DNA from: Thermodesulfobacteriota bacterium | GTDB lineage: Bacteria > Desulfobacterota_D > UBA1144 > Nemesobacterales > UBA2774 | Assembly (NCBI GenBank): GCA_965216785.1 | Contig: OZ244197.1 | Coordinates: 25,120-89,119, forward strand | DNA length: 64,000 nt | Direction of reading: 5' to 3' | In this document: piece by piece, positions 43,418 to 53,350 of the stretch | Layout of the letters: each line of letters opens with the position of its first letter | How positions within the stretch are numbered: the first letter of the stretch is position 1 | The notes under the pieces: model-generated | What the model was told of the DNA's origin: nothing | Databases searched by the model: none | The model's input: the letters and a program-made list of their open reading frames with translations, nothing else | Position numbers and translations under genes: made by a program

Positions 43418-44686
43418 ATGTCGATTGATATTAAAGTTCCTGAGCTTGGAGAATCCGTAGTCGAGGCGACCGTAATCAGATGGTTCAAGTCCGTAGGAGA
43501 CCCCGTTAAAATAGGTGAGGCTCTCGTCGAGCTTGAAACCGAGAAGGCCAATTTTGAGGTTGCCGCTGAGAGACAGGGAGTACTGACTGATATTGTTAAA
43601 GGGGATGATGAGGACGTTGAGGTCGGAGACGTAATCGGGGTGATGGAGGAAGGCGCCGCAGCACAAAGCGGTGCGGAAGCAAAGGCAGAAGCTCATGAAG
43701 CCGAGGAAGTTAAAATTGAGGTGAATGAGGAAATAGAAGAAGTTACCGAAAGCGAGAAAGTGACGCCGGTTGCAAGACGTATAGCGGAAGAGCACGGAAT
43801 CGATATAAACCTGGTAGCCGGAACCGGGCATGGAAACCGCGTGACTAAGGAAGATGTTGAAAACTTTATCGCAAATCAAGGGAAAGGGGAACCTCGGGCA
43901 GAGGAAGTGTCAAACGCCGAGCCGATACGTAAAGATGTAGCACCGATTCCGGCAGAGCAGGCCCCGCAGATCACATTAGGAAGAGACGTAAGGGAAGAGC
44001 GCATCAAGATGTCCCGCAGGCGCAGAACCATTGCGCGCCGCATGCTAGAGGCCAAGCAGACGACAGCCATGCTTACGACGTTTAACGAGATAGACATGGG
44101 CGCTGTGATGGAGCTGAGGAAGCGAAGAAAAGAAATATTTAAGGAAAAATACGGTGTTGGCCTCGGGCTTAATTCGTTTTTTGTTAAAGCCGCCATCGGA
44201 GCGCTGAAAGAGTTCCCTCAGATAAACGCAGAGATCGACGGCGACGACATGATTATTAAGCATTATTATGACATCGGGATAGCGATCGGAGCCTCTGAAG
44301 GGCTTGTCGTACCTGTGCTCAGAAACGCTGACAGTATGACGTTTGCCGCAATAGAAAAAGCTATTAAAGAGTTCGCTCAAAAATCTGAAGACAACACGCT
44401 GTCGCTGGAGGACATAATGGGCGGCACGTTTACCATCACTAACGGAGGCGTATTCGGCTCAATGATGAGCACGCCCATATTAAACCCTCCGCAGGTCGGG
44501 ATATTGGGGCTCCATAAGATAGAGCCAAGACCGGTTGTAATTAACGGACAAATTGAAATTAGATCGATGATGTACGTTGCCCTCAGCTATGACCACAGGA
44601 TAGTGGACGGACGAGAGGCGGTGCAGTTCCTGGTGAGGTTAAAGGAGCTTATCGAGGATCCGGAGTCGCTGCTTCTAGAAGGGTAA
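43418..44686 (+). CDS. sucB: Dihydrolipoyllysine-residue succinyltransferase (E2)
   Basis: Lipoyl domain [10 protein letters not shown]...ETEKA, an Ala/Glu linker, an E3-binding domain and the catalytic [11 protein letters not shown]. Start set at MSIDIK, 6 nt after GGAGAG. Confidence 0.9.
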   Translation: MSIDIKVPELGESVVEATVIRWFKSVGDPVKIGEALVELETEKANFEVAAERQGVLTDIVKGDDEDVEVGDVIGVMEEGAAAQSGAEAKAEAHEAEEVKIEVNEEIEEVTESEKVTPVARRIAEEHGIDINLVAGTGHGNRVTKEDVENFIANQGKGEPRAEEVSNAEPIRKDVAPIPAEQAPQITLGRDVREERIKMSRRRRTIARRMLEAKQTTAMLTTFNEIDMGAVMELRKRRKEIFKEKYGVGLGLNSFFVKAAIGALKEFPQINAEIDGDDMIIKHYYDIGIAIGASEGLVVPVLRNADSMTFAAIEKAIKEFAQKSEDNTLSLEDIMGGTFTITNGGVFGSMMSTPILNPPQVGILGLHKIEPRPVVINGQIEIRSMMYVALSYDHRIVDGREAVQFLVRLKELIEDPESLLLEG

Positions 44687-44705
44687 AACACTCTCGGACG
44701 CGGCT

Positions 44706-45440
44706 CTAGTTTTTAAAACCTACTTTGTTTTCTTCCCAATAGGGATCCGCGTACTTTTGAACCCCTAAACCAAGTAGATCGAGGAACCATATCTTAATAT
44801 CGCTTGCTAGAACCCGGTAGATGCCGCCTTTGTTAAAACGTCTTGGCGAGGTTTTTACGGCTCTGCTCAAAAGCTCTAACTTCCCTTTATTCCTTAATAT
44901 TCTGCAGAAGTGGGCTGACTCTAAAAGAGGTATACCGGGGTAACCCCCTACCCTGTTAAATACCTCAGCGCGTACGAATATACCCTGGTCTCCGTAGTAG
45001 CGCTGCCTGACTCTGTAGCGCACGCGGTTTACAAGTTCGACCACGCGGAGTCCGAATTCAGAGCCGCTCAAAGAGAATTCAAACGCTCCGCCTATGGTAG
45101 CCGCATCGCTAAGAGATTTCTCGATCAGGAGATCATACGCGGGAGGAAGGATGGTGTCGGCGTCCAGAAACAAATACACATCTCCGCTAGCAATGGAAGC
45201 GCCTTTATTCAGTACATGTGACTTTCCCGAGTTATTATCATCACATTTGACGAGCTTTGCTCCTAAACTCTTTGCAATCTCGGGCGTCCCGTCCCAAGAA
45301 CCTGAGTCCACGACTATGAGCTCATAAATATTTTTTGAGTATGCGTTTTCTTTTGCCTTGAGAATGGTGTCGGGTAGGTAATCGGCTTCATTAAGAGTTG
45401 GGATTATTATGCTCAGCTTCATGGTCGTATCTGGAATCAA
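44706..45440 (-). CDS. Glycosyltransferase family 2 (small, TIGR04283-type)
   Basis: LSIIIPTLNE...VVDSGSWDGT...LFLDADT. Confidence 0.7.
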   Translation of the reverse strand: MIPDTTMKLSIIIPTLNEADYLPDTILKAKENAYSKNIYELIVVDSGSWDGTPEIAKSLGAKLVKCDDNNSGKSHVLNKGASIASGDVYLFLDADTILPPAYDLLIEKSLSDAATIGGAFEFSLSGSEFGLRVVELVNRVRYRVRQRYYGDQGIFVRAEVFNRVGGYPGIPLLESAHFCRILRNKGKLELLSRAVKTSPRRFNKGGIYRVLASDIKIWFLDLLGLGVQKYADPYWEENKVGFKN

Positions 45441-45537
45441 TTGGGTTATCTAAAGTATAGATAAGTATTAGATGAGAAAGTAGGGATTTGTATTCAAAAA
45501 GCAAGAATTTCTCAGATACTAGCTAACAATTTGATAG

Positions 45538-48066
45538 TCATGAAATGGCCGGAAGATCGGCTACAGAACTGAATTTTCTGAGAACCTCTTCTAATAGGCC
45601 CGGGTATTCAGAGAGCTCGGGGTCGGCCCTGACAAGATCGAACGCTTCTTCTCTGGCCTCGCTTAAGATCCTAACATCTCTCAAGAGATTCGCGAACATG
45701 AACTGAGGTAGACCGGACTGCTTTGTGCCGAGGAAATCACCAGGGCCGCGTATTTGTAAATCGGCCTCAGCTATCTTAAACCCGTCTGAGGTCTGCTCCA
45801 TAATTGTAAGCCTCTTGTCGGCGTCCTCTGAGCGCTTGAAACCTGAAAGCAGAATACATATAGAATCGTGCTCTCCCCTTCCGATCCTGCCCCTTAGCTG
45901 ATGGAGCTGGGTGAGACCGAAGCGCTCTGCGTTTTCTATAACCATTACGGCGGCGTTCGGAACATCGACCCCTACCTCAATGACCGTTGTCGAGACAAGA
46001 ATCTGTAAGTGGTTTGAGATGAATCTCTTCATTACGGCTTCTTTTTCCTCGGTCTTCATCCTGCCGTGGAGGAGCCCTACTTTGTACTCGGGGAAGACGT
46101 CATTACTTAACTCCTCCGCCATTTGAGTTGCGTATTTCAAATCTTTGAAATCAGGATTCTCGGACTCTTCAATCATTGGATACACAACGTAGGCCTGTCT
46201 TCCTTTCTGAATCTCCTTCCTTACGGTTTCATATGCTTTTTCACGCGAGCCTTTGTGATCATAGTAGAGTTTTGTTTTAATTTTCTTTCGTCCCGGTGGG
46301 AGCTCGTCCAGGACCGAGACGTCGAGGTCGCCGTAAACCGTAAGGGCAAGTGTGCGCGGTATGGGTGTTGCCGTCATGACCAGCACATCGGGGTTTGTGC
46401 CCTTACTCATAAGCTCGGCCCTTTGCATTACACCAAAACGGTGCTGCTCGTCTATGACAACGAGCCCGAGGTTCTTGAAGTCCACTTTTTCCTGAAGGAG
46501 CGCGTGAGTGCCGACTGCTATCTGCGCTTCGCCCGACTGAAGAGCTTTGTAGTAGGTATTTTTCTCGCTCTTTCCGAGGCCGCTTTTGAGAAATACGACG
46601 CGCATACCCATAGCTTTTACATAGCTCAACACTGAGGCTAGATGCTGCTCCGCCAGGATTTCCGTCGGGGCCATGAACACTGCCTGGTAGCCGCACTCTA
46701 CTGCCTTTAGTATAGATAGCACGGCAACTATTGTTTTACCGCTGCCGACATCGCCCTGAAGGAGCCTGTTCATTGGTGTCTCAGAGCGCATGTCGTTTTC
46801 TATCTCGGAAACTGCTCTTTTCTGAGCCTCCGTGAGATCGAATGTGAGGCGGGTGAGGAGTTTTGATGTAAGCTTTCCCGTGGGTGAAAAGGTTATCCCG
46901 GGAAGCCTTGCGACGTCACGTTTCTTGAGCGCAAGGCCAAGCTCCGTTAAAAAGAACTCGGAGTAGGCAAGCGTCTTATGCGGCTGCGAAAGATAAACGG
47001 AGTCCGCATCTGCTAGGTCCACTACACGATCGCCCCGGGCCGGGAAATGGACCCTTTCAAGCGCGTTATCAAAAGGGAGAAGCGCTCTATTTTTGTTAAC
47101 GTATTCGGGGAGACTGGATTTTAGCGCCGGGCTGTACGTGTCGACGACAAACTTCATGATACTTCTCATCCGTCTCTGCCCTATACCTTCGGTTAAAGGA
47201 TATATGGGAACAATGCGGTTAAAATGGACGTTGTCGTGGTCTATATCCTCCCCTTTATCAATTACCTCTATATCCTCAGGTCTCGGGTGAACCACCTGAA
47301 GCGCGTCCCTGTATCCGAACGAGACCTCGCCGGTGAGTATTACGGAAGCCTCTTTCTTGTAGGCCGCCCTTAGATATTTCTCACTGAATTTAAACCATAC
47401 GAGGGTAACCATCCCCGTACCGTCAGATACGACGACCTGATACATGGAGCCTCTTCTGGTGCGCACCCTGCCGGAGAGCATTATCTCACCCATAAAAGTC
47501 TCACGCTCTCCGGCTACTAGCTTTGAGATGCTCTTTACAGTAGTTCTGTCCTCGTACTTTCTGGGGAAATAGTAGAGCGCGTTTTCGATATTCTCTATAC
47601 CCTTTTTCTTTAGAAGCGATGCTATTCTGGGCCCTACCCCCTTTACGTACTGTATGGAGATTTCAGACAAATCATCACCCTTTGACACAGTTTCATTGCT
47701 AATACGCTCTGGGGTTTTAGAATTACGAGAAGGTTCTTTTTTCTCCGTGGGTTTTGGCGTTCCTGCCTCTTTGGCCACATCTTGCGCCGCCTCGCGCATC
47801 ATTGCCCGCACATCGTGAAGAGCTCTTTTAATTAGCTCTTTTTTATCAGGCTCTGAAAGCCCGTCATAACCTGAAAATGAATCTTTAAGGGACTGGAGGA
47901 CTGATATGGTCTTTTGGGATAACGGAAGTGAGAGCGCTTTTAGTGTGAGATCGTCTACGAGCCCCGACAGCGACTTTACTTTATCTATATTTGAATAATT
48001 GTTCTTTGAGATAAATGTAAGCGGTTTCTCTAGCGTAGTTAATATTGCTCTTAGCTCATCTGACAT
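45538..48066 (-). CDS. recG: ATP-dependent DNA helicase RecG (with ~140-aa N-terminal extension)
   Basis: Wedge/OB domain and SF2 helicase motifs (GDVGSGKT, DEQHRFG, C-terminal TRG-like). 842 aa. Confidence 0.9.
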   Translation of the reverse strand: MSDELRAILTTLEKPLTFISKNNYSNIDKVKSLSGLVDDLTLKALSLPLSQKTISVLQSLKDSFSGYDGLSEPDKKELIKRALHDVRAMMREAAQDVAKEAGTPKPTEKKEPSRNSKTPERISNETVSKGDDLSEISIQYVKGVGPRIASLLKKKGIENIENALYYFPRKYEDRTTVKSISKLVAGERETFMGEIMLSGRVRTRRGSMYQVVVSDGTGMVTLVWFKFSEKYLRAAYKKEASVILTGEVSFGYRDALQVVHPRPEDIEVIDKGEDIDHDNVHFNRIVPIYPLTEGIGQRRMRSIMKFVVDTYSPALKSSLPEYVNKNRALLPFDNALERVHFPARGDRVVDLADADSVYLSQPHKTLAYSEFFLTELGLALKKRDVARLPGITFSPTGKLTSKLLTRLTFDLTEAQKRAVSEIENDMRSETPMNRLLQGDVGSGKTIVAVLSILKAVECGYQAVFMAPTEILAEQHLASVLSYVKAMGMRVVFLKSGLGKSEKNTYYKALQSGEAQIAVGTHALLQEKVDFKNLGLVVIDEQHRFGVMQRAELMSKGTNPDVLVMTATPIPRTLALTVYGDLDVSVLDELPPGRKKIKTKLYYDHKGSREKAYETVRKEIQKGRQAYVVYPMIEESENPDFKDLKYATQMAEELSNDVFPEYKVGLLHGRMKTEEKEAVMKRFISNHLQILVSTTVIEVGVDVPNAAVMVIENAERFGLTQLHQLRGRIGRGEHDSICILLSGFKRSEDADKRLTIMEQTSDGFKIAEADLQIRGPGDFLGTKQSGLPQFMFANLLRDVRILSEAREEAFDLVRADPELSEYPGLLEEVLRKFSSVADLPAIS

Positions 48067-48258
48067 TGATAAGATTTTACAGTGACTTATGAATCTATTT
48101 CAAGTTTTGGAGCAGGGAAGTCTTAATCTATTGCTATGAAAAGATACACGAGTAGCTGTGTAATATTGCACAACTCTTGAGCTTTGGAGTCTCCTTTGTG
48201 CAAACACTGATTATCTAAGCTGCTGTGATTACAACAAATATTGAAATTTCATATAAGT

Positions 48259-48274
48259 GGCATATATATTGCAA
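48259..48274 (+). promoter_or_regulatory. Sigma-54 (-24/-12) promoter motif TGGCAT-N5-TTGCA
   Basis: gTGGCATatataTTGCAaat has correct GG-N10-GC spacing. It is intergenic, ~115 nt upstream of and co-oriented with the sigma-factor gene. Confidence 0.55.
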
Positions 48275-48387
48275 ATTTTAAGATAAAAACCGGATTAGGT
48301 AGGATGGCGGAGGATATTTACAGACTTAATAATTGTCCGCTCGGGGTTTATTCACACCAATTTATATCTAAATAAAGGAGAGTGACA

Positions 48388-49530
48388 ATGAAATATCAAG
48401 AAGCTCAGACAGCTCAGAACGAAAGCCCTTCCTTTAGTGATACATATGATAAATCCGCGGACAGTGTGGGCAATGAGAGGGAGCAGTTCTTCAATGTCCA
48501 AAATAGCGAAAGCGATTCGATAAAAGAAAACCACTCTGTACTGCGCCCACAGGAAAATAGAGCCCATACGGACGACCAATTCAGAATAATGAACGATTAC
48601 TTTAGTGATATAGCCAATGAACCCTTACTTACCCTGAGAGAAGAAATAGAGCTTCCGACAAAGATTAAAAAATGCGAATCTAAAGCAAAACAGATAGAGT
48701 CGTGGCTCGAATCAGAGGAGCAAAGCAAACAAAATGAGAGGGGCTGTCAATGCTTAATAAAAAACACTCAGAGATTACAAGCCTCACATAGAGCGTACAC
48801 AGAAAGATCCAAACAGCTTAAGAAGAGATTTGCTAACGCTAACCTGAGGCTGGTCATAAGTATAGCGAAGCGATACGTGAATCATGGCCTTCCTTTTCTA
48901 GACCTCATACAGGAAGGAAATATAGGGCTTATGAGGGCTATAGACCGATTTGATCATACAAAGGGATACAGATTCTCGACCTATGCTTCCTGGTGGATAT
49001 ACCAGTCTATTACAAGGGCGATATTGGTGCATAGAGGAGCAGTTAGGGTCCCCGTATACCTGCTTGAGGTAACGAACAGAGTCTACAGAACGAGATCAAT
49101 CCTACTTAAAGAAACCGGAAAGAACCCCACTTCTGAAGAGATAGCGGAGCAGTCCGGTGTGCCGATTAAGTATGTTAAGCGAATACTTAAAATTACAAAT
49201 GAATCAGTTAGCCTGGACTCGCCTATTGACGGTGAAAAGAGAACGCTCTACGATTTCATAGAGAACAGCGATTCGATTTCCCCTGACTATATTATCGTTG
49301 AGGATGAGCTCAAAAAAAGCATACGTCATTCCCTGTCGCTACTGAGCCCTAAAGAAGAAGAGGTACTTAGAATGCGGTTCGGAATAGACAGGAAAGATAC
49401 CGTGACACTGGATGACATAGGCAAAAAATTTCAACTTACGCGAGAACGAATCAGGCAGATTGAGAAAAAGGCTCTAAGGAAACTATCTGTTTGCAAGATG
49501 AGGGAAGCTCTTAAAAACTTCCGCACATAG
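48388..49530 (+). CDS. RNA polymerase sigma factor, sigma-70 family (group 2/RpoS-like size)
   Basis: Region 2 motifs [19 protein letters not shown] and [11 protein letters not shown], plus region 4 [30 protein letters not shown]. Start set at the ATG 7 nt after AAGGAGAG; the track uses an upstream GTG. Confidence 0.85.
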   Translation: MKYQEAQTAQNESPSFSDTYDKSADSVGNEREQFFNVQNSESDSIKENHSVLRPQENRAHTDDQFRIMNDYFSDIANEPLLTLREEIELPTKIKKCESKAKQIESWLESEEQSKQNERGCQCLIKNTQRLQASHRAYTERSKQLKKRFANANLRLVISIAKRYVNHGLPFLDLIQEGNIGLMRAIDRFDHTKGYRFSTYASWWIYQSITRAILVHRGAVRVPVYLLEVTNRVYRTRSILLKETGKNPTSEEIAEQSGVPIKYVKRILKITNESVSLDSPIDGEKRTLYDFIENSDSISPDYIIVEDELKKSIRHSLSLLSPKEEEVLRMRFGIDRKDTVTLDDIGKKFQLTRERIRQIEKKALRKLSVCKMREALKNFRT

Positions 49531-49706
49531 AGCTATTTGATAAGAAATCTGGAAATAATAGCAACTTTGTTTAATTTGCTACTGCTTTAAATAACACTAC
49601 TTCACTTGTGTGATTTGACACATTTGAGTGAATCTTATATAATGTTTTTTCACAATACCTGCACTAAGCAATTGATATTATTATATATTGCAAAATAACA
49701 GTGTCT

Positions 49707-49722
49707 TGGTACGGAAATTGCT
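49707..49722 (+). promoter_or_regulatory. Weak sigma-54-like motif TGGTAC-N5-TTGCT
   Basis: cTGGTACggaaaTTGCTc has correct spacing, but C to T at -24 position 4. ~57 nt upstream of the small secreted protein gene. Confidence 0.3.
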
Positions 49723-49778
49723 CTAATCAATAATGCCGGCCATAGGTGGCAGGCAAATCAATCCAGGAGGGTTACATT

Positions 49779-50006
49779 ATGAGATTACTCACCTATTTGT
49801 TCGCGCTCATGCTGGTAATGGGCGTTTCATTCGGCGGGGCTTCAATTATCACGAGCCAGCCAGTTATGGCAGAAGAAGGCGAAACTGCAGGCGGCGAAAT
49901 GACAGATGAGGCCGCAGGCGATGACGAAGGCGCGGAAGCAGCTACAGATGAAACCGCTGAAGGCGAAATAGAAGGCGGCGAAATGGCTGATGATGCCGAG
50001 AAATAA
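49779..50006 (+). CDS. Small secreted acidic Glu/Gly/Ala-repeat protein
   Basis: Signal peptide MRLLTYLFALMLVMGVSFGGASI. The mature part is ~45 aa with repeated GGEM[TA]D[ED]A. AGGAGG lies 8 nt upstream. A GC hairpin terminator follows. Confidence 0.5.
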   Translation: MRLLTYLFALMLVMGVSFGGASIITSQPVMAEEGETAGGEMTDEAAGDDEGAEAATDETAEGEIEGGEMADDAEK

Positions 50007-50030
50007 GATTTTGAGTTTTTGACTATAATC

Positions 50031-50059
50031 GGGGGGAGTACCATGCTCCCCCTTGATTG
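50031..50059 (+). terminator. Rho-independent terminator hairpin
   Basis: ggggggag-taccatg-ctccccc followed by ttgattg. Confidence 0.5.
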
Positions 50060-50107
50060 CCTCCAACCTATCTATAAAGTAATAAAATCCTATGATATCT
50101 TTTAGGT

Positions 50108-50320
50108 ATGTCTTTTCTTACGGCGGTATTGGTTGTATCGAATTTTTATCTGGCGCAAATGGGATCTGAATCTATCCAGATACAAAACCATCCGAAACTA
50201 TATTGCGACAGGGCGTATGAGATATGCCTGACAAAGATATGCATGAGCCAGGACCCGGTGGAGAAACAAAAATGCATGGACCGCTGTTACCAAGATTTAC
50301 TGGAATGTGAGAAGAGGTAG
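50108..50320 (+). CDS. Small cysteine-rich (6 Cys) protein with hydrophobic N-terminus
   Basis: Cys pattern C-x5-C-x4-C-x10-C-x3-C-x6-C. No strong RBS. Confidence 0.3.
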   Translation: MSFLTAVLVVSNFYLAQMGSESIQIQNHPKLYCDRAYEICLTKICMSQDPVEKQKCMDRCYQDLLECEKR

Positions 50321-50399
50321 TTGAAGGGACTCGGTATTCACCTTACGATTGTAAATTCTAATAGTTTTAGCCCTCCGGATATTTAATCGAAGATCAGCA

Positions 50400-50711
50400 C
50401 TATGTATTATCAGTATCGTTAGAATTATTGGTATCGTCGTCAGCCCGTCTGGAAAAAAGCCCTTTTATCTCTTTTCCGAGAATAGACCAGAAATCTTTAA
50501 GATTGGTATATTTATGGTCGATTTCTTCCAAATAATCGTCTAGATTGTCGATGGCTTCGTGCTGCTCCTCTTCCTTCTCTTTATTTAACTGCTGCTTTAG
50601 ATTTGTCAGAGAGTCTTCAAGATCGGTTATTTTACTCTCAAGCTCTTTTTTGCGGTCATTTGTCAATTTCATATTCATCACCTTACGCTCTCCTGGCTTC
50701 AATCTACTCAC
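50400..50711 (-). CDS. Coiled-coil protein coupled to the Na/Pi cotransporter (possible PhoU-like partner)
   Basis: Start overlaps the nptA stop (ATGA). The protein is heptad-rich. Confidence 0.4.
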   Translation of the reverse strand: MSRLKPGERKVMNMKLTNDRKKELESKITDLEDSLTNLKQQLNKEKEEEQHEAIDNLDDYLEEIDHKYTNLKDFWSILGKEIKGLFSRRADDDTNNSNDTDNT

Positions 50712-51913
50712 CAGCCAAGTATTTGGCTTACAAAGATAAATATCAAAGGCACTATGAAAAATACTGAAAAAATATACGCAACAACATAAAGCTTATTCTT
50801 TACGGCAGCGTAAGCAAGCTTTTGTGCCGCGATTAGCGGTATTGTTCGCAAAAACGGAATACCGAATATCACTACGACACCAAGCACATTATAGACCAGA
50901 TGGATTAATGCTATCTCTAACGCAAAAATAGCATTTGACCCGGTAATCGCGGTTGCGGCAAGAAGCGCCGTTATACATGTACCTATATTAGCTCCCAACG
51001 TAAACGGATACACTTTTTTCAGACTAAAGACACCGCTCCCCGCAAGCGGAACGATGAGGCTCGTTGTCGTAGATGATGATTGTACAAGAACAGTAATAAG
51101 CGCTCCCGCGGTAATCCCTGAGAGGGGACCGCGTCCCACGGCGCTGTGCAGTATTTCCTTTGCGCGCCCGACCATTAAAATCCTGAGCAATTTGCCTATG
51201 AACGTGATTACCAGAAATATCAGCGCTATGCCGATCACTATCATCGCTATCCCCGCTATAATTTCGGGAAGCCATCCTAGTACGGTTTCATGCAAAAAGT
51301 TAACCGGAGGGTTAATTATAGGCTTCATAAAATTCAGCCCTTTCATGGACATTGGGTTACCGCCAACCAGGATCTTGGCCAGAAACGCGCCTATTTTGTC
51401 CAAAATACCAAAAGCTATTTCCAGAGGCAGGAATATCAGAACATTCATAATATTAAAAGAATCGTGGACTGTAGCTGCCGCAAACGCTCTTTTGAATTCA
51501 TTACGTTCTTTTACATGCCCTAAGCTGACAATGGTATTCGTTATCGTCGTGCCAATATTCGCGCCCATCACCATCGGAATGGCTGTGGTTACGGGAAGTC
51601 CACCCGCTACAAGACCAACTATAATTGAAGTGACGGTGCTCGAGGATTGAACAAGCGCAGTGGCAAAGGTGGCGATGAGAAGCGCGGTTATGGGGTTACT
51701 TGCAAAGGCAAAAAGCTGTTTTGCCTGATCGCCTGCGGCCAGTTTAAAGCCACTCCCGATTAAAGCTACTGCAACCAATAACAAATAAATGAGACCAATT
51801 ATGAAAAGCCACTGTACCCATTTGGATTGAGTAGAAATTCCGGATAAACCTTCCGACTTATCGGCATGTCCAGTAACTGTTGAGGGTATGGTTTTACCTC
51901 TTGTGATATCCAT
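50708..51913 (-). CDS. Na+/phosphate cotransporter family protein (NptA-like)
   Basis: Two Na_Pi_cotrans repeat units with QSSSTVTSI / QSSSTTTSL motifs. Confidence 0.85.
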   Translation of the reverse strand: MDITRGKTIPSTVTGHADKSEGLSGISTQSKWVQWLFIIGLIYLLLVAVALIGSGFKLAAGDQAKQLFAFASNPITALLIATFATALVQSSSTVTSIIVGLVAGGLPVTTAIPMVMGANIGTTITNTIVSLGHVKERNEFKRAFAAATVHDSFNIMNVLIFLPLEIAFGILDKIGAFLAKILVGGNPMSMKGLNFMKPIINPPVNFLHETVLGWLPEIIAGIAMIVIGIALIFLVITFIGKLLRILMVGRAKEILHSAVGRGPLSGITAGALITVLVQSSSTTTSLIVPLAGSGVFSLKKVYPFTLGANIGTCITALLAATAITGSNAIFALEIALIHLVYNVLGVVVIFGIPFLRTIPLIAAQKLAYAAVKNKLYVVAYIFSVFFIVPLIFIFVSQILGW

Positions 51914-52040
51914 TTATAATCTCAGCAATAACTTTAACCAAATACGCTTTATGTGCAAAAGGTAAGCTACAACATAAATCCAGGGTTATATCGTTTTGAC
52001 AACCGGATAATTAAATGTATTAGGGAGTTCCAAGAGGAAA

Positions 52041-52085
52041 TGGTCGGGGTGGCCGGACTTGAACCGGCGGCCTCTGCGTCCCGAA
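52041..52085 (-). other. Orphan tRNA 3'-end fragment (T-arm + acceptor strand + encoded CCA), candidate integrative-element att remnant
   Basis: The reverse strand reads ...GCAGAGGCCGCCGGTTCAAGTCCGGCCACCCCGACCA, with a canonical T-stem/loop GCCGG-TTCAAGT-CCGGC. No matching 5' acceptor strand (CGGGGTG), D-arm or canonical anticodon arm lies upstream. Confidence 0.6.
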
Positions 52086-52361
52086 CGCGTAGGGACAAAA
52101 AGTCCTAAACGTTTGATATAACTATAAGTTCCTGAATATATTCGAATAAAAGAGATTAACCACAATTCTAATATATCGATTGTTTAGAATGTTTTGATTT
52201 AGTATAGACACCTATTTGGACACCTAATCGACTGAATATGCAGAGTGGGTCAAACCTCACCAAACATAGCGCCGACAACTATTATTGATTGGTATATCTT
52301 TGGTTCAATGTTTATGCTTGGCATCTTTGCATTTATACATGCTTAATTTTATCTCAATCGA

Positions 52362-53318
52362 CTATTTCTTATTTACCTGTAGAAACCCGATATTTTGGTG
52401 CTTATCAAAAGACATAATGATATTATCAATATCATATTTGGGAATATCGCTCGTACAATCTAACAATTCAAACTGATCACGACCAATGAGTTCCCAATCC
52501 ATAAAGCTTTCCATATAACCTATTTCTCTCATTTCTGGTAGAACATTTGTAATTAATAGCACACCTTGCGGCGATAGTTTCTGAAATAGTTTGTGAGTAA
52601 GCTTTTGTGCTGTTCTTTGTTTCAAATAATCATATAACCCTGAAGCATAAATTAAGTCATATCCTGAATGCTTGAAATTGTTTCTCAAAATATCGACAAC
52701 AGAGACAGCACTAGCCTGGACACTACTACCAGAGTAATTTCTGTTCACGTAGTTAACACTTTCTATGTCCTGGTCTATTGCAGTGTATTCTTCTATTTCA
52801 TCATTTCTAAAAGATTCAGATAGTTCAATCTCTCTTAGATGACCGCACCCTATCGACAGAACTTTTGTCTTATCGGTAGCACGGGCAACGCTGTCTATGA
52901 CTCTAGCAATATATTGCCTCCGAAGGCGTACGGAATCACATGCAGTCGTATTGAAAGTGTATTCTCGGATTTCGTTACCGAGTTCGTTAACACCATCAAA
53001 ATTCACACTTGGATGTCCATATATCATATCCAATAGGTATGCATCTCCAGCATATCCCCTGGGCTTATTGTAAGCCCTCTCTGTTATAGGGTCTTGATAT
53101 ATAAATTCTTTTATAGGATGGTCCATTAGATAATTCCCTACGATATATTTCCACTCACCTACAGAGCAATTTAGCTTTAGATGTCTTAACCCGGCGTAAA
53201 AATTATCTAGCGCCTCAGTAATTTTACTATTATTTATTTGATTGTATGCTTCCTCTAGTAGACAAGACGTAAAGTCATCACTATATATTTTCCGGGCTAA
53301 ATTATTTTGTGTCATCAT
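52362..53318 (-). CDS. Class I SAM-dependent methyltransferase with ~130-aa N-terminal extension
   Basis: Motif I VLSIGCGHLRE, acidic DQD, and post-I LIYASGLYDYL. Confidence 0.6.
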   Translation of the reverse strand: MMTQNNLARKIYSDDFTSCLLEEAYNQINNSKITEALDNFYAGLRHLKLNCSVGEWKYIVGNYLMDHPIKEFIYQDPITERAYNKPRGYAGDAYLLDMIYGHPSVNFDGVNELGNEIREYTFNTTACDSVRLRRQYIARVIDSVARATDKTKVLSIGCGHLREIELSESFRNDEIEEYTAIDQDIESVNYVNRNYSGSSVQASAVSVVDILRNNFKHSGYDLIYASGLYDYLKQRTAQKLTHKLFQKLSPQGVLLITNVLPEMREIGYMESFMDWELIGRDQFELLDCTSDIPKYDIDNIIMSFDKHQNIGFLQVNKK

Positions 53319-53350
53319 TCTCTCCTTTTAGATTATGGTTTCAAGTAGCT

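Noticed and set aside
45538-48066. RecG N-terminal ~140-aa extension as a novel fusion
   Set aside because: Long N-terminal helical domains are normal in many RecG proteins (for example Thermotoga). Not unusual.
52317-52334. TGGCAT ctt TGCAT resembling a sigma-54 element
   Set aside because: The GG to GC spacing is 7, not 10, so it is incompatible with -24/-12 geometry.
52041-52400. tmRNA (ssrA) or complete tRNA at the tRNA-like 3' end
   Set aside because: No 5' acceptor strand complementary to CACCCCG is found within 350 nt upstream. The flanking sequence is AT-rich and lacks a tag-peptide reading frame or pseudoknot-like GC content. Only the T-arm, acceptor and CCA are tRNA-like.
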